Positions 40,649 to 51,783 of a stretch of 64,000 bases of DNA are shown here, one piece after another. Under the pieces are notes generated by a model. That model saw nothing but the letters and a program-made list of their open reading frames with translations, was not told the origin of the DNA and did not search any database. The position numbers were made by a program, and so were the translations under genes. Every line of letters begins with the position of its first letter. Position 1 is the first letter of the stretch. Source of the stretch: an uncultured candidate division Zixibacteria bacterium (GTDB lineage Bacteria > Zixibacteria > MSB-5A5 > RBG-16-43-9). The stretch spans positions 1,024,001 to 1,088,000 of the forward strand of contig OY970208.1 of NCBI GenBank assembly GCA_963713865.1, written 5' to 3'.

Positions 40649-42821
40649 ATGCTTAGCCTTCAGAAAAATAAGATTTTAATAGGAAAAGAAGAATATTTCC
40701 TCAATTCTGCTGAAATTCATTATTTCAGAGTAAGCAAGAAATACTGGTCAGTTTGCTTTGAGAGGATCAAAAAAGCAGGTTTTAGAATCATAGCGACTGC
40801 AGTCCCCTGGAACCTGCATGAGATCTCTATGGGGGAATTTGAATTTGCCGGGGAAACCGATAGTCGAAGAGATCTGGTGGTTTTTTTAGAGCTGGCAAGG
40901 GAGTTTGGTTTTAAAGTGATTCTGAAAATTGGACCTTATATAGGTGCAGAATGGGAAAATGGAGGGTATCCTGATTTTGTTTTGGAAAATCTTGCTCTTA
41001 TTGCGAAAGATCCTCAAGGAGATCCAGTGGCTATGTCAGAACAGCAGGAATTCTCAAAAGTAGCACTCCCTTCTATTAACCATCCATCTTTTAAAAGTCA
41101 CTGCAAGAGATATATAAACGCTTTGAGTGGTGCATTAAAAAATTATATCTATCCAAAGGGACCGGTAATTATAATTCAGTTGGGTAGGAAAACCGGTTTT
41201 AATTTTTTCACAGATCCATTTAAGCTCGATTATAATATCGATACTATCCACAACCTTTACCCTGCTTTTCTTAAGGAGAAGTATAAGGAGACAAAAATTC
41301 TCAATTCGGAGTACCAGATAAAATCAAAAAATTTTGGTGAAATATCTCCACCAACAGCTCAGAAGATTAAGAAATTTTCGGATCTATTAAGATTTCTGGA
41401 TTGGGTGGAGTTCAAATCTGGTTCTGGTTTCAACCTACTTGTTAAATCTAAAAGAGTTCTTAATATCTTCACAGATCGTTCCTCTTTTCTTTAACGATAT
41501 CTTCTGGGAAAATGGTTTTTTGTCCTCATCAGAATGGCCTTCTCTGCAGAAAGAAAATATATTTGCCGGTTTAGGAATCAACTGGTTTAGAAATTATTCT
41601 GAATACGCTTGGCACATCAGATCCTTTACTGGTTCAGCTTCCTTTCCCTGGTCTATTGAATTTGCCAGTGGAGCTTCAGCCCAGATCCCGGAGGAGAAGA
41701 AGAAATATCTTCCTATTAGAACACAGGAGATGAAATTTATGTTGATCACCTCTTTGGCTATGGGGATTAAAGGTTTTACTCATACTATGTTTGTGGAGAG
41801 GAGTGACTGGTATGGCTCTCCTTTAGCTGAAGATGGAACTATTCAGGAGGGATATGACCTGATTAAAAACTTCAATCTCCTTTTAGAGAGAATAGATTTG
41901 AGAGCTCTGGAAAACGTAGTTCAGATAAATCTTTTGAATTATAATCCTTATCTATATTTAAGCCAAGTTAAAGATCAAACGCTTTTCCCTTATCTGAACT
42001 CTCTAGTCCATCAAACCCACTTTGGCTTAAGTCAGGACCTGAGGGGATTGAAATATGATTTTGGGATATCGGATTCTGGTATGGAAAAAAGTCTGGAGAA
42101 GTACAAGGTATTATTGATGCCAGTGGCTGAGTTTATGGATTCAAAGACTCAAGCTCTTATTCTGGATGAGGTAAAAAAAGGTAAAAGTTTAATCCTGTAC
42201 GGGCTTTTGCCTAAATATGATTTAAGGTTAAAAAGTTGCGAGGTTTTAGCCCGTGGTCTCAAGATGAAAACTGCTCCCCTTTCAGGGGTTGAGAGAATTG
42301 AAACCCTAAAAGCAGAATTCCCCTCATCCCTCTATGGTTTTATAAAAACTCATCCTAAAAATTATCAAGTAGTAGCTAAAGCAGGAAAAAGAGTTGTCGG
42401 GGTAAAGGGGAAGTTAGGTAAAGGGAAGGTCTATCTTTTTACATTTGATCTGTCTACCTCACTCTTTGGTAAGAATTTAAATTTTTTGGATGAGATTCTA
42501 CAGGAGGCCGGGGTAATCAGATTTTTAAATTCCTCAGACCCTGAATTAGAGGTGATAGTTCAAAAGAATGAGAAAGTTACTTTACTTTATCTGATTAGTC
42601 CCGGAACCCCCTTCTCTCCAGAAAATGCTGGGCCTAAGAAAGGTATTATCCTGCAACTGGATTGCGGTAAGATCGGAGTCAAGGGGAAAAAGATTACCCT
42701 GATCGAACTTTTGGGTGGAGAGATAATCAAGACTACCTCGGATGAATTGAAAAAGGGGATATGTTTGGAGATGGGAAAGTTAGAAGGCCGGATCTATTTA
42801 ATCGAAGGAACCAAAGCTTAA
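40649..42821 (+). pseudogene. GH35/GH42-like beta-galactosidase homologue with a net +1 frameshift near 41410-41440
   Basis: EIHYFRV..VPWNLHE..GPYIGAEWENGGYP in the first ORF; nucleophile-like EF and trimerisation-like domain in the second; total span is 3n+1. Confidence 0.75.
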
Positions 42822-43009
42822 TAGCTTTAATTACACTTCTCCATCTATACAATCTCACTCTAACAATAAATTCCTGCTTCTTATCAATAAAATATTTACT
42901 ACTAATTCTATCTCCAAACCTTTTGACCTGGATTGGCTTTTATCTTTTGTACAGGAGTTCCTGATTTCTCAATCGGAGTTAAAAGTTAAATAGAAAAGAG
43001 TATTTATCC

Positions 43010-44356
43010 CTATTCCTCTTTTTTTATTCCTGGTTGTATGAGGATAAACCTTTGACTTTTCCCCCTTTTTATGGCAAAAAGGATCTGTTTTTGATCCTTA
43101 ACTTTTTCTAAGGCTTTTTTAAAATCGTCCAGACTTGAGATTTTCAAGTCTTCAACTTTTTTAATAACATCCTCTTCGGATAGCTCTCCCTGGCTGGCTG
43201 GACCTCCTACCTCCACGAAGGAGACAAAAACGCCCTCTTTGTCCTCCAGCATATATTCTCTATAGAGAACATCTGTTATCTCCTTAACGGTAAACCCAAA
43301 ATCCGTTTCATATTCCTCAGCTTTGACCTTGGGCTGAAGAGCAATTTTGACTTTAAGATCAAGGATTTTATCTTTTCTCTGCACCTTGATTGAAGAAAAC
43401 TCACCTACCGGGCTTTCGCTTACTAGGAGAGAGAATCGATTTAAATCTTCCTCCTTTTCAGCGGATATTTTTTCTCCCTGATATTCAAGGATAATATCTC
43501 CGGGTAAGAATCCGGCTTGTTCTGCGGGTGAATTGTGTTCCACATCGCTTATCAATACCCCTTTAAGCTTATCATCTCCGAAATATTTGGCAAACTCACG
43601 GTTTAGGGGCTGAATGGATAAACCGAGCCAGCCCCTTTCGATCACGCCTGCGGCTAATAATTTATCCTTGATCTTTAAAGCGGTGTTGATCGGTATGGTG
43701 AACCCCTGTCCGCGTCCTAATCCTATAGAGTTTATCCCTATGACTTCACCTTTCAAATTAACCAGTGGACCTCCGGAAGAACCCGGGTCTATAGCCGCAT
43801 CGGTCTGTATGAAATCGCTGATTAACCTGGATTCTTCAGGCAGAAATGGTATGACCCGACCTTTACCGCTGACTATTCCGAAAGAGACAGTCCGGTCGAA
43901 ACCAAAAGGATTACCCACAGCAATTACCCATTCACCTACTTCGATCTTTTCTGAGTTGCCGAATTTCGGTACAGATAATTTTTCCTCAGCTTTTATCTTG
44001 ATCAAAGCTAAGTCGGTCTGTTTATCCGTTCCGATTACCTCAGCTGGATACTCTAATTTACTGGTCAAGGTAACCCTTATAGACTGGGCTTTATCCACCA
44101 CATGCTCATTCGTCAGGATATAACCTTCTGGATCAACCACCAGGCCTGAGGCTAAGGACTTGAATTTAAAACTGTCTGATTTCTTGATTACCTCAATGTG
44201 AATCACCGAGGGTTGAATCCGGTTGGAAAGCGAGATTATGACTTTCTGCAGGTCATCGAATAATTTTATGACTTTTTGATCGTCAGCAGTAACTGGCTTA
44301 GAAAATTGGAACAAACAAAGAGTTATGACTGTAATTAAAATATGGCTCTTTCTCAT
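43010..44356 (-). CDS. HtrA/Do-family serine protease with two PDZ domains
   Basis: TNEHVV, TDLALIK, QTDAAIDPGSSGGPL; signal peptide. Confidence 0.92.
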   Translation of the reverse strand: MRKSHILITVITLCLFQFSKPVTADDQKVIKLFDDLQKVIISLSNRIQPSVIHIEVIKKSDSFKFKSLASGLVVDPEGYILTNEHVVDKAQSIRVTLTSKLEYPAEVIGTDKQTDLALIKIKAEEKLSVPKFGNSEKIEVGEWVIAVGNPFGFDRTVSFGIVSGKGRVIPFLPEESRLISDFIQTDAAIDPGSSGGPLVNLKGEVIGINSIGLGRGQGFTIPINTALKIKDKLLAAGVIERGWLGLSIQPLNREFAKYFGDDKLKGVLISDVEHNSPAEQAGFLPGDIILEYQGEKISAEKEEDLNRFSLLVSESPVGEFSSIKVQRKDKILDLKVKIALQPKVKAEEYETDFGFTVKEITDVLYREYMLEDKEGVFVSFVEVGGPASQGELSEEDVIKKVEDLKISSLDDFKKALEKVKDQKQILFAIKRGKSQRFILIQPGIKKEE

Positions 44357-44611
44357 TTTGGCTGCTCCTTAGCAAAAGTAGTGTTCTATTATATACAAGG
44401 ATTTTAAGATAAGGTCAAGTGAAAAAATAGGTGCAACAATATGGTCAAAGTTGCGTAATATTGTTAGTTATCTTGGGAAGGGAAAGAGGTAACATATTTT
44501 AGGTTAAGAGGATAGGAAATAATTAATTAAAGATAGATTATCATAGATGTTTTTACTTGACAAAATTTTTATAAAAATTATATTGAAAATTTCCACAGAA
44601 AGGAGCAGGTT

Positions 44612-46147
44612 ATGGCTATCTCTAAATTAAACCTGAGAAGTAAAGATATTTTTCTTTATGGGCTTTTTGCTTTCCTGTTTATTTTAGTCGGGATTTTAAT
44701 AGCCTCAAATTTGAATTTTTCTTCCCCTTCCAAAGCGGTTGAGAATACCCAGTCTGAAAATGCATCAAAGCTGGTTCAGCTATTTGAAAAAGAAAGTCCC
44801 TTTACCATTGTAGCGGAAAAGGTTAGCCCAGCAGTGGTAAATATAAGTGCGGAGAAGGTTTTAGAGCAACAATATCGTGATTTCTTTCCTTTTGAGGATG
44901 AATTTTTCCGTAGATTTTTTGGAGAAACCCTTCAGCCAAAAACTCCACTTAAATCTAAAGGTTATAGCTTAGGCTCAGGGTTTATCATTGATAAAGAAGG
45001 TTATATCCTTACGAATAATCATGTGGTCTCAGGTGCAGATAAAATCACGGTGAAGTTAGCAGATAGAGGTGAATATAAAGCCAAAATTATAGGTACGGAC
45101 AAGGAAACCGATATTGCAGTGATAAAAATTGATGCAGATAAGTCTCTACCAGTAGTTGAATTGGGTGATTCGGATTCTATGCGGGTAGGTGATTGGGTGA
45201 TTGCCATTGGTAATCCCTTTCCTCAATTAGGATTAGACCGAACAGTGACAGTAGGTGTGGTTAGTGCCAAAGGGAGAAAAGGATTGAACTTTCAAGGTGA
45301 AGAAGGTCCTTCTTATCAAAATTATATACAAACTGATGCAGCCATAAATCCCGGGAATAGCGGGGGACCTTTGTGTGATATTGAGGGTAAGGTAATAGGG
45401 ATAAATGCGGCGATTACCAATCCAACGGGAGAAGCTGTTAACATTGGTATAGGGTTTGCAATTCCGATTAGTCTGGCAAAGTTAGTCATTCCTGATCTTA
45501 TAAAAGGTAAAGTTATCTCCAGGGGTTATCTGGGAGTGGGAGTGGAGAATCTTACTGAAGATATGAAGGATGCCTTAGATTTACCATCAACTGAAGGTGC
45601 TTTCGTGCAGCAGGTTCAGCCGAATACACCAGCTTCAAAAGCTGGTATTAAGACTGGAGACTTCATCATAAGCTTTGATGGTAAAAAGGTTACTGATTCA
45701 GACCAATTCAGGTTTATGGTAGCACAGGCTGAGCCAGGTAAAATGGTCAGTTTAGAGATACTCAGAGATAAAAGGAAACTGGAGCTGAAAGTCAAATTAG
45801 GAGAACGGGAGAAATTTCTCGCAACAACCACAGAAAAACCTTCTACACAAGAAAAGGAAGAAAGCTGGCTAGGTCTTAAGGTTGAAACAGCAACTGAAGA
45901 GCTGGCAAATCAATTCCGGGTTAAATTTGCCAAAGGAGTAATCGTTACCGCGGTTGAGCCCGGCAGTAAAGCTGAAGAGGGTAAAATTCAGGCTGGAGAT
46001 ATAATCTTAGAGATCGACAAAAAGACTATTCAAGATAAAGAAGATTATAATAAAATAGTCAAAGGGCTTGAGAGCAGAAAAAAAGCAATAGCATTTTTAA
46101 TCAGTCGTAACGGTAATACTATCTATTTAGCAGTTAAACCCGAATAG
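44612..46147 (+). CDS. degP: DegP/DegQ (HtrA) serine protease with two PDZ domains
   Basis: TNNHVV, TDIAVIK, QTDAAINPGNSGGPL; TTGACA-N16-TATATT upstream at 44557-44584. Confidence 0.92.
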   Translation: MAISKLNLRSKDIFLYGLFAFLFILVGILIASNLNFSSPSKAVENTQSENASKLVQLFEKESPFTIVAEKVSPAVVNISAEKVLEQQYRDFFPFEDEFFRRFFGETLQPKTPLKSKGYSLGSGFIIDKEGYILTNNHVVSGADKITVKLADRGEYKAKIIGTDKETDIAVIKIDADKSLPVVELGDSDSMRVGDWVIAIGNPFPQLGLDRTVTVGVVSAKGRKGLNFQGEEGPSYQNYIQTDAAINPGNSGGPLCDIEGKVIGINAAITNPTGEAVNIGIGFAIPISLAKLVIPDLIKGKVISRGYLGVGVENLTEDMKDALDLPSTEGAFVQQVQPNTPASKAGIKTGDFIISFDGKKVTDSDQFRFMVAQAEPGKMVSLEILRDKRKLELKVKLGEREKFLATTTEKPSTQEKEESWLGLKVETATEELANQFRVKFAKGVIVTAVEPGSKAEEGKIQAGDIILEIDKKTIQDKEDYNKIVKGLESRKKAIAFLISRNGNTIYLAVKPE

Positions 46148-46162
46148 GAAAGGAGTGGTTCC

Positions 46163-47017
46163 TTGGCCAAAAACTCAAAGAGATATAGGGATGAGGATAA
46201 ATCCTTAGATCTTTATTTGAGAGAGATAGGGGAAACCCCTTTGATAACAGCCGGGGAGGAGGTTGAATTAGCTAAGAGGATCAAAAATGGTGATCAATCT
46301 GCTTTAGAAAAGCTGACCAAAGCCAATTTGAGATTTGTAGTCAGCGTAGCAAAGCAGTATCAAAATCAGGGTCTATCCTTAGCTGATTTGATCAATGAGG
46401 GGAATATCGGGCTAATAAAAGCGGCTAAAAGATTTGATGAGACCAGGGGCTTTAAATTTATATCCTATGCGGTCTGGTGGATAAGACAGGCGATTTTACA
46501 GGCATTGGCTGAACAATCCAGGATTGTGAGATTACCCTTAAACCGGGTAGGGACTCTGCATAAAATAGGGAAAATCTCCAGCTCCTTAGAACAGGAGTAC
46601 GGGCGTGAGCCCAGTCCAGATGAGATCGCCAAAGAGCTGGCACTATCCACTATGGAGGTGTCAGATACTCTGAAAATCTCCAACACTCATCTTTCCTTAG
46701 ATGCACCCTTTTCCACCTCTGAGGATAATTGTTTGATGGATGTCTTAGAGGATGAGCTTCAGCCAGCTCCGGATGAGGCGCTTTTAGACGAATCCTTGAG
46801 GGTGGAGATAAGCAGAGCTTTAAGGACCTTAAGCAGTAGAGAGGCTCAGGTCATAAGCCTTTACTTCGGATTGACTCACGAGAAGCCTTTAACCTTAGAG
46901 GAGATCGGGGCAAGGTTTGGCTTAACCCGGGAAAGGGTAAGACAGATAAAAGAAAAAGCAATCCGCAGGCTAAGACATGCCTCCAGAAGCAGGACCTTGA
47001 GGGCGTATCTGAGTTAA
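46163..47017 (+). CDS. RNA polymerase sigma factor, RpoD/SigA family (short form without region 1.1)
   Basis: [54 protein letters not shown] start with SD AAGGAG. Confidence 0.93.
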   Translation: MAKNSKRYRDEDKSLDLYLREIGETPLITAGEEVELAKRIKNGDQSALEKLTKANLRFVVSVAKQYQNQGLSLADLINEGNIGLIKAAKRFDETRGFKFISYAVWWIRQAILQALAEQSRIVRLPLNRVGTLHKIGKISSSLEQEYGREPSPDEIAKELALSTMEVSDTLKISNTHLSLDAPFSTSEDNCLMDVLEDELQPAPDEALLDESLRVEISRALRTLSSREAQVISLYFGLTHEKPLTLEEIGARFGLTRERVRQIKEKAIRRLRHASRSRTLRAYLS

Positions 47018-47043
47018 AAAGAAAAAGATAGATAATTAAATTT

Positions 47044-47082
47044 GGGGCAGGGTTTTTACCCCTGCCCCTGTTTTTTCTTTTT
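47044..47082 (+). terminator. Rho-independent terminator
   Basis: GGGGCAGGG / CCCTGCCCC stem plus T-tract. Confidence 0.75.
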
Positions 47083-47138
47083 GCTTCGGTAATTCTCTCC
47101 GTAGGGGATCTTAAGACTATTGCCGAAGCATCAATATT

Positions 47139-48092
47139 TTAAATCTTCAATACCCCGTCTTTCATTATTATCTGCCCATCTATTTCGAGGGTTGGCTTTA
47201 TCAGGATTCCGTCCAGATGGCTCTGCACAGACACATTTCCGCCCATCGATTTGTTATCGCCAATAGCCATATGCACGGTTCCCATTACCTTCTCATCCTC
47301 TAAGACATTGCCTATGATTTTAGCTTTGTCATTTGTGCCAATTCCAAGCTCTGCAATGTTTCTTGCAGGCTTTCCAAATGGCTCAATCGCTTTTTCTAAA
47401 TCTTTAGCAGATTTGTTTCCTGAGATTTCAGTAACGAATCCATCCTTGACAATTAACCTAATTGGCTTTTTGATAACTCCCACTCCAGCCATAGCCCCAT
47501 CCACTATAATTACCCCGTTGGCAGTTCCCTCCAAAGGTGCAATATATACCTCACCTGCAGGGAGGTTTCCAAATTCACCGGGCTTATGATACAAACCGGT
47601 ATCAGGCTCCCAGGTTCTTCCCTCTATTTTCATTGTTATATCAGTACCGGATGGAGTTTTTACTTTTGCCACTTTTTTCCCGGATAAAATTTTAGCTAAT
47701 TTCAAGCTCCTTTCAGCTATCTTATTATAATCAGCGCTTAAAGTCCTTTTCATCGAATCCTCTGTAATCCCCGGCAGGGTGGCAACCCTTGCCCTGGCTT
47801 CGCAGGCATCCCGGCGTGCTTTAGTATGAGTCATAGATCTGGAAGTCGGGATTAATACTACATCGAACCTTTTCATAAAATCAGCCACCATCGGAGGTGG
47901 CTCTTCTCCATTAGATGTGCGTGAGATTATCTCCAAAAGCATCGCCTCACCCGCAATCTCCTTTGCGGCTTTCCATAGAGCCTGGCCAATCTTTCTTAAA
48001 GGCTCATCAGTGATGATTAAAACGTTCTCCCCTTTTTTAACCCCCATACAGTTGTGCACCGCTATCTTTGCGGAATTCATTAAGTCTTCCAT
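47139..48092 (-). CDS. Leucyl aminopeptidase-like metallopeptidase (M29 / aminopeptidase T-like)
   Basis: NLPAGEV, AELGIGTN, EDEKVMGTVHMAIG, HLDG. Confidence 0.85.
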   Translation of the reverse strand: MEDLMNSAKIAVHNCMGVKKGENVLIITDEPLRKIGQALWKAAKEIAGEAMLLEIISRTSNGEEPPPMVADFMKRFDVVLIPTSRSMTHTKARRDACEARARVATLPGITEDSMKRTLSADYNKIAERSLKLAKILSGKKVAKVKTPSGTDITMKIEGRTWEPDTGLYHKPGEFGNLPAGEVYIAPLEGTANGVIIVDGAMAGVGVIKKPIRLIVKDGFVTEISGNKSAKDLEKAIEPFGKPARNIAELGIGTNDKAKIIGNVLEDEKVMGTVHMAIGDNKSMGGNVSVQSHLDGILIKPTLEIDGQIIMKDGVLKI

Positions 48093-48121
48093 TTATCCTC
48101 CTAATAGTTGCGATTTATAAC

Positions 48122-48181
48122 GCAAGGCTGAAGCCTTGCCCTATAATCTTTTTTATAGAGACGCATGCGATGCGTCTCTAC
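48122..48181. repeat. Two REP-like palindromes
   Basis: GCAAGGCTGAAGCCTTGCCCTA (related at 60786 and 52372) and TAGAGACGCATGCGATGCGTCTCTAC (related at 51784 and 3502). Confidence 0.75.
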
Positions 48182-48186
48182 GTCTT

Positions 48187-49047
48187 CTAAATAAATTCTC
48201 GCATTGCTTCAGTTATATCTATTTCCTCGATTTTCTGCTCCACCAGTGGAATATCTTTTATCTGGGGTAGAAAATCTTCATATGTGCTTCGGGTCTCCTT
48301 ATAGAAAACCCCAATCGGGATTTTATCTCCCCATTTGAATGCTTTCTCCAGAGCCATTTTTTTATCTTCAGGGTTATAATCTTTCAAATCTTCTAATTTA
48401 TAGGTTCTTTCTTTATACCATTTGTAAGTGTTTTTGTAGTTAAAACTAACGCAGGGCTGAAGGATGTCCACTAAAGCAAACCCCCGGTGTTTTATCGCCT
48501 GGATTATCTGGTTTTTTAAATGGTCTAATTCACCCACAAATCCCCTGGATACAAAAGTGGCACCTCCAGCTATGGCTAACACCATCGGGTTGACCGGCTC
48601 TTCAATTGCACCGGCAGGAGCTGACTTGGTGGAAAATCCTTTATCCGAAGTGGGGGAATACTGCCCTTTGGTCAAGCCATAGATCTGGTTATCGTGAACG
48701 ATATAGGTCATATCAACGTTTCTTCTGAGGGTGTGCATGAAATGGCACATCCCGATTCCGTAACCATCCCCATCTCCACCATGCCCGATAACAGTTAATT
48801 TATGGTTGGAGAGTTTTATCCCTGTGGCTACTGGAAGAATCCTTCCATGAATTCCCTCAAATCCATAGGTATCAACATACTGGGGAGTTTTGCCAGAACA
48901 GCCTATTCCGGAAACTAAAACGGTGTTATGTTTTTCCAAGCCAGCTTCTGAGATCGCACCTTTGACTGCGGTCAATATCCCGAAGTTCCCACACCCCGGA
49001 CACCACTGGATTTTGACTCTGGTTTTTAATTCTACAGGGGTGACCAT
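48187..49047 (-). CDS. korB: 2-oxoacid:ferredoxin oxidoreductase beta subunit
   Basis: WCPGCG, VSGIGCS, GGDGD TPP motif, DNQIYGLTKGQ.SPT, QPCVSFN; start 49047 follows SD AAGGAG. Confidence 0.9.
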   Translation of the reverse strand: MVTPVELKTRVKIQWCPGCGNFGILTAVKGAISEAGLEKHNTVLVSGIGCSGKTPQYVDTYGFEGIHGRILPVATGIKLSNHKLTVIGHGGDGDGYGIGMCHFMHTLRRNVDMTYIVHDNQIYGLTKGQYSPTSDKGFSTKSAPAGAIEEPVNPMVLAIAGGATFVSRGFVGELDHLKNQIIQAIKHRGFALVDILQPCVSFNYKNTYKWYKERTYKLEDLKDYNPEDKKMALEKAFKWGDKIPIGVFYKETRSTYEDFLPQIKDIPLVEQKIEEIDITEAMREFI

Positions 49048-49080
49048 TTTATATTCTCCTTTCAAAGAATGGAGGAAGTC

Positions 49081-49142
49081 GTAGGGACAGCCCTTGTGGC
49101 TTTCCGAATTAGACTGCGGACAGGGACAAGCCCTGTCCCTAC
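49081..49142. repeat. REPIN-like inverted GTAG-REP pair
   Basis: GTAGGGACAGCCCTTGTGGCTTTCCG...CGGACAGGGACAAGCCCTGTCCCTAC. Confidence 0.75.
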
Positions 49143-49150
49143 ATTAAATA

Positions 49151-49615
49151 TCATCCTCTCAAATCTATCTCCCTCTTGCAATGGTGGCACTTCTTCGCAC
49201 CTGCAACTAATGGTTTTCCACAGAACCTGCAGGTGTAGAATTTTTCAGATTCTGCTAGCCATTCATTTATCTTACCAGCTTTAATCATAACCATATTCTT
49301 TCTCAAATCCACACCATCTTCTTCCAAGTAATTTTTTGAAAACTCCTCGAACATCTGACAATTTCTGTTTTCATAATCTACGCATTCGTAGCAGAATTCA
49401 TAACCTTTTTCTCTTTGGCAATGCACAAATTTGCACTCATATCCCCAGCAATCAGGAGTTAAGGCACCACACCCGTTACATCTGACCTTCTCCATGGGAC
49501 ATTTCATTCTCTCCGCAAAACGCTTTCTCCACTCCTGGTCATCCCTTTCAATCCGGTATATAGTACACGCCCCACAGTAAAGCCCGCATTTGCCGGCAAG
49601 ACTTCTTTCAGTCAT
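49151..49615 (-). CDS. DUF3795-like cysteine-rich protein with C-terminal zinc ribbon
   Basis: CGLYCGAC..CNGC..C...C...KG..FCYEC; CRFCG..CHHC. Confidence 0.75.
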   Translation of the reverse strand: MTERSLAGKCGLYCGACTIYRIERDDQEWRKRFAERMKCPMEKVRCNGCGALTPDCWGYECKFVHCQREKGYEFCYECVDYENRNCQMFEEFSKNYLEEDGVDLRKNMVMIKAGKINEWLAESEKFYTCRFCGKPLVAGAKKCHHCKREIDLRG

Positions 49616-51396
49616 AAGTATTTCCTTATGTCTTTTATTACTTTAATCTCCTTCAGTTTCTTATAAATAAAATTCGGATAAAAGGGTCTGCCGTCGTATT
49701 TTAAGATTTTATGCTGAATTTCTATTCCGGTCTTTTCCCTTATAAAACCTGCCAGTTGAGCAGTGTAGTTGTTCTCAACATCCACGATGGTTTTGGCTTG
49801 TGATAGAACTTTTGTGACATCTTCTGCTGGAAAAGGCGAAAGATATAAGATCTGCAGGAAATTTATTTTTATCCCATCTTTTTCCAGAAGCTTCATCGCC
49901 TCGAAGATGGGTCCTTTGGTTGAACCCCAGGAGACTAAGGTTATGTCAGCTTCTTTTGGTCCATAAAGCTTGGGAGGTGGCAGTTCCTTTTCTATAAAAC
50001 TTAATTTCCTCATCCTTTTATCCATCATCATGATAATAACTTCTGGAGGCATCAAGACCTCTGAAGCCTCATTGGAATAACCGTACTCATCATGCTCACT
50101 GCTGTCAGCCACATGCATCCCCTTCATCTGCCCGGGGATAGCTCTCGGTGAAATTCCATCTTCAGTGTTCAAGTATCTTTTATATTCCGAGATCTTATTA
50201 AGTTCTTCCTGAGTGAGAAGTTTTCCTCTTTCTATTTTCAGATGGAAGTGTTCAAAAAGCTCGGTGGTTTTATAATCCTCAGCTAAGAATTTATCGATCA
50301 GGATCAATACTGGCACCTGAAATTTTTCGGCTAAATTGAAAGCATTGAAGGTCTCGTAGAAACACTCTTCCCTATCTCCGGGTGCCACAAGTATCCTTAT
50401 AAATTCTCCCTGGGAAGCGGAAAGCAAAAATTTCAAGTCTCCCTGGCTGGTTTTGGTGGGTAAGCCGGTTGATGGTCCGGGTCTTTGTCCTTCAACTATC
50501 ACGATGGAAGTTTCAGTCATTGCGGCCAAGCCTAAGGCTTCGACCATCAACGAAAATCCGCCTCCGGAAGTGGCAGCCATTGCTCTAGCTCCAGTAAAAT
50601 TAGCGCCAATTGCCATATTGATGGCGGAGATCTCATCCTCGGTCTGCTTAACCACCAGGCTAAATTCTTTTTCATTTTCTGCCATAGAGTGCAGGATCGC
50701 CGAAACCGGTGTCATAGGATAAGCCGAGTAGAATTTACATCCAGCTTTGACTGCCCCCAAAACGATGGCATCATTTCCGGATAAAAGCATCCTCTCCGGT
50801 GCTTTCATCTTTTCGAGCTTATACCCACACTGTTCGCATACACTCTGTTTTATGTAATCAAAGCCCATCTTGGCGGCTTTTATATTCTGTTCGACTATTT
50901 CTTCTCTCTTTTTCCCAAAAGAATCACTTATGGCTTCTGTTAAAAGCTCAAAATCATAATCTAAAATAGCTACTGACGCACCCACGACCACAGTATTTCT
51001 CAAAAGCAGCTCAGCCTTTAGTTCCCGGATTATCTTCAATAACGGGACGGGGTATAAAGTAATATCATCTCTTTTCAAACCCTCTTTGGAGAGCTTAAGC
51101 TCATCCAGATCATAGATTATCCCCCCTCCGGAGATAATTTCTTTTAAATGCAAATCGACTGTCTCCTGGTTCAAAGCTACCAGGAGATCAATTGTCTCCA
51201 GATGGGAGAAGATCTCCTGCTCATCAACTCTCACCGAAGAAGTATTATGCCCGCCTTTGATCAGGGAGGGGAATTCGCTGTTGATAAAGACATGCAGACC
51301 ACCGCGGGAACAGGCTTTGGCTAAAAGAGTTCCTGCAGCCATAATCCCGTACCCGGCTGGACCCCCTATCATCCAGGAAATTTTGTTTTTAATCAT
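49612..51396 (-). CDS. korA: 2-oxoacid:ferredoxin oxidoreductase alpha subunit (gamma-alpha fusion)
   Basis: GGPAGYG, YPMTP, EDEISA, TSGGGFSLM, QRPGPSTGLPT, KYDGRPF. Confidence 0.9.
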   Translation of the reverse strand: MIKNKISWMIGGPAGYGIMAAGTLLAKACSRGGLHVFINSEFPSLIKGGHNTSSVRVDEQEIFSHLETIDLLVALNQETVDLHLKEIISGGGIIYDLDELKLSKEGLKRDDITLYPVPLLKIIRELKAELLLRNTVVVGASVAILDYDFELLTEAISDSFGKKREEIVEQNIKAAKMGFDYIKQSVCEQCGYKLEKMKAPERMLLSGNDAIVLGAVKAGCKFYSAYPMTPVSAILHSMAENEKEFSLVVKQTEDEISAINMAIGANFTGARAMAATSGGGFSLMVEALGLAAMTETSIVIVEGQRPGPSTGLPTKTSQGDLKFLLSASQGEFIRILVAPGDREECFYETFNAFNLAEKFQVPVLILIDKFLAEDYKTTELFEHFHLKIERGKLLTQEELNKISEYKRYLNTEDGISPRAIPGQMKGMHVADSSEHDEYGYSNEASEVLMPPEVIIMMMDKRMRKLSFIEKELPPPKLYGPKEADITLVSWGSTKGPIFEAMKLLEKDGIKINFLQILYLSPFPAEDVTKVLSQAKTIVDVENNYTAQLAGFIREKTGIEIQHKILKYDGRPFYPNFIYKKLKEIKVIKDIRKYL

Positions 51397-51501
51397 TTTT
51401 TCACTCTACGGGAGTTACTCTTGAGTTTCCCCCTCTCCCTTACCCTCTCCCACAAGGGGAGAGGGAACAAAGGGAGCAAAAGGTTAATCTTTTTACGACA
51501 C

Positions 51502-51756
51502 TCAATAAAGGAGCTCGTTGGTCTCCAGATTTCTAATATGTATCACATTTACCGGACATTCATCCGCAGCCCTGTCATTGCAGGGCAGATCTTTCTCCTC
51601 TATGTCTAAATACTCCCAGCCAGGCTTGGGTTCAGTTGAACCTTTGACATCTGAACGGTCGTCTGGTCCCATCTCCCAGAATTCCGGGCAGAGATTAGTG
51701 CAGTTACGACAACCAATGCAATTTTCTCGGTCATGTTCTATTCTATATTTGGGCAT
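51502..51756 (-). CDS. Ferredoxin (single Fe-S cluster type)
   Basis: CIGCRNCTNLCP...CPVNVIHI; start set at MPKYRIE because the longer ORF begins inside a REP. Confidence 0.85.
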   Translation of the reverse strand: MPKYRIEHDRENCIGCRNCTNLCPEFWEMGPDDRSDVKGSTEPKPGWEYLDIEEKDLPCNDRAADECPVNVIHIRNLETNELLY

Positions 51757-51783
51757 AATTTTGCTCCAATATAAAAAGAGCCT

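Noticed and set aside
50041-50070. Apparent 6-aa extra segment (SEVLMP) in the oxidoreductase alpha subunit as a micro-element
   Set aside because: Single copy and equally explained by local duplication of the PEV-like codons
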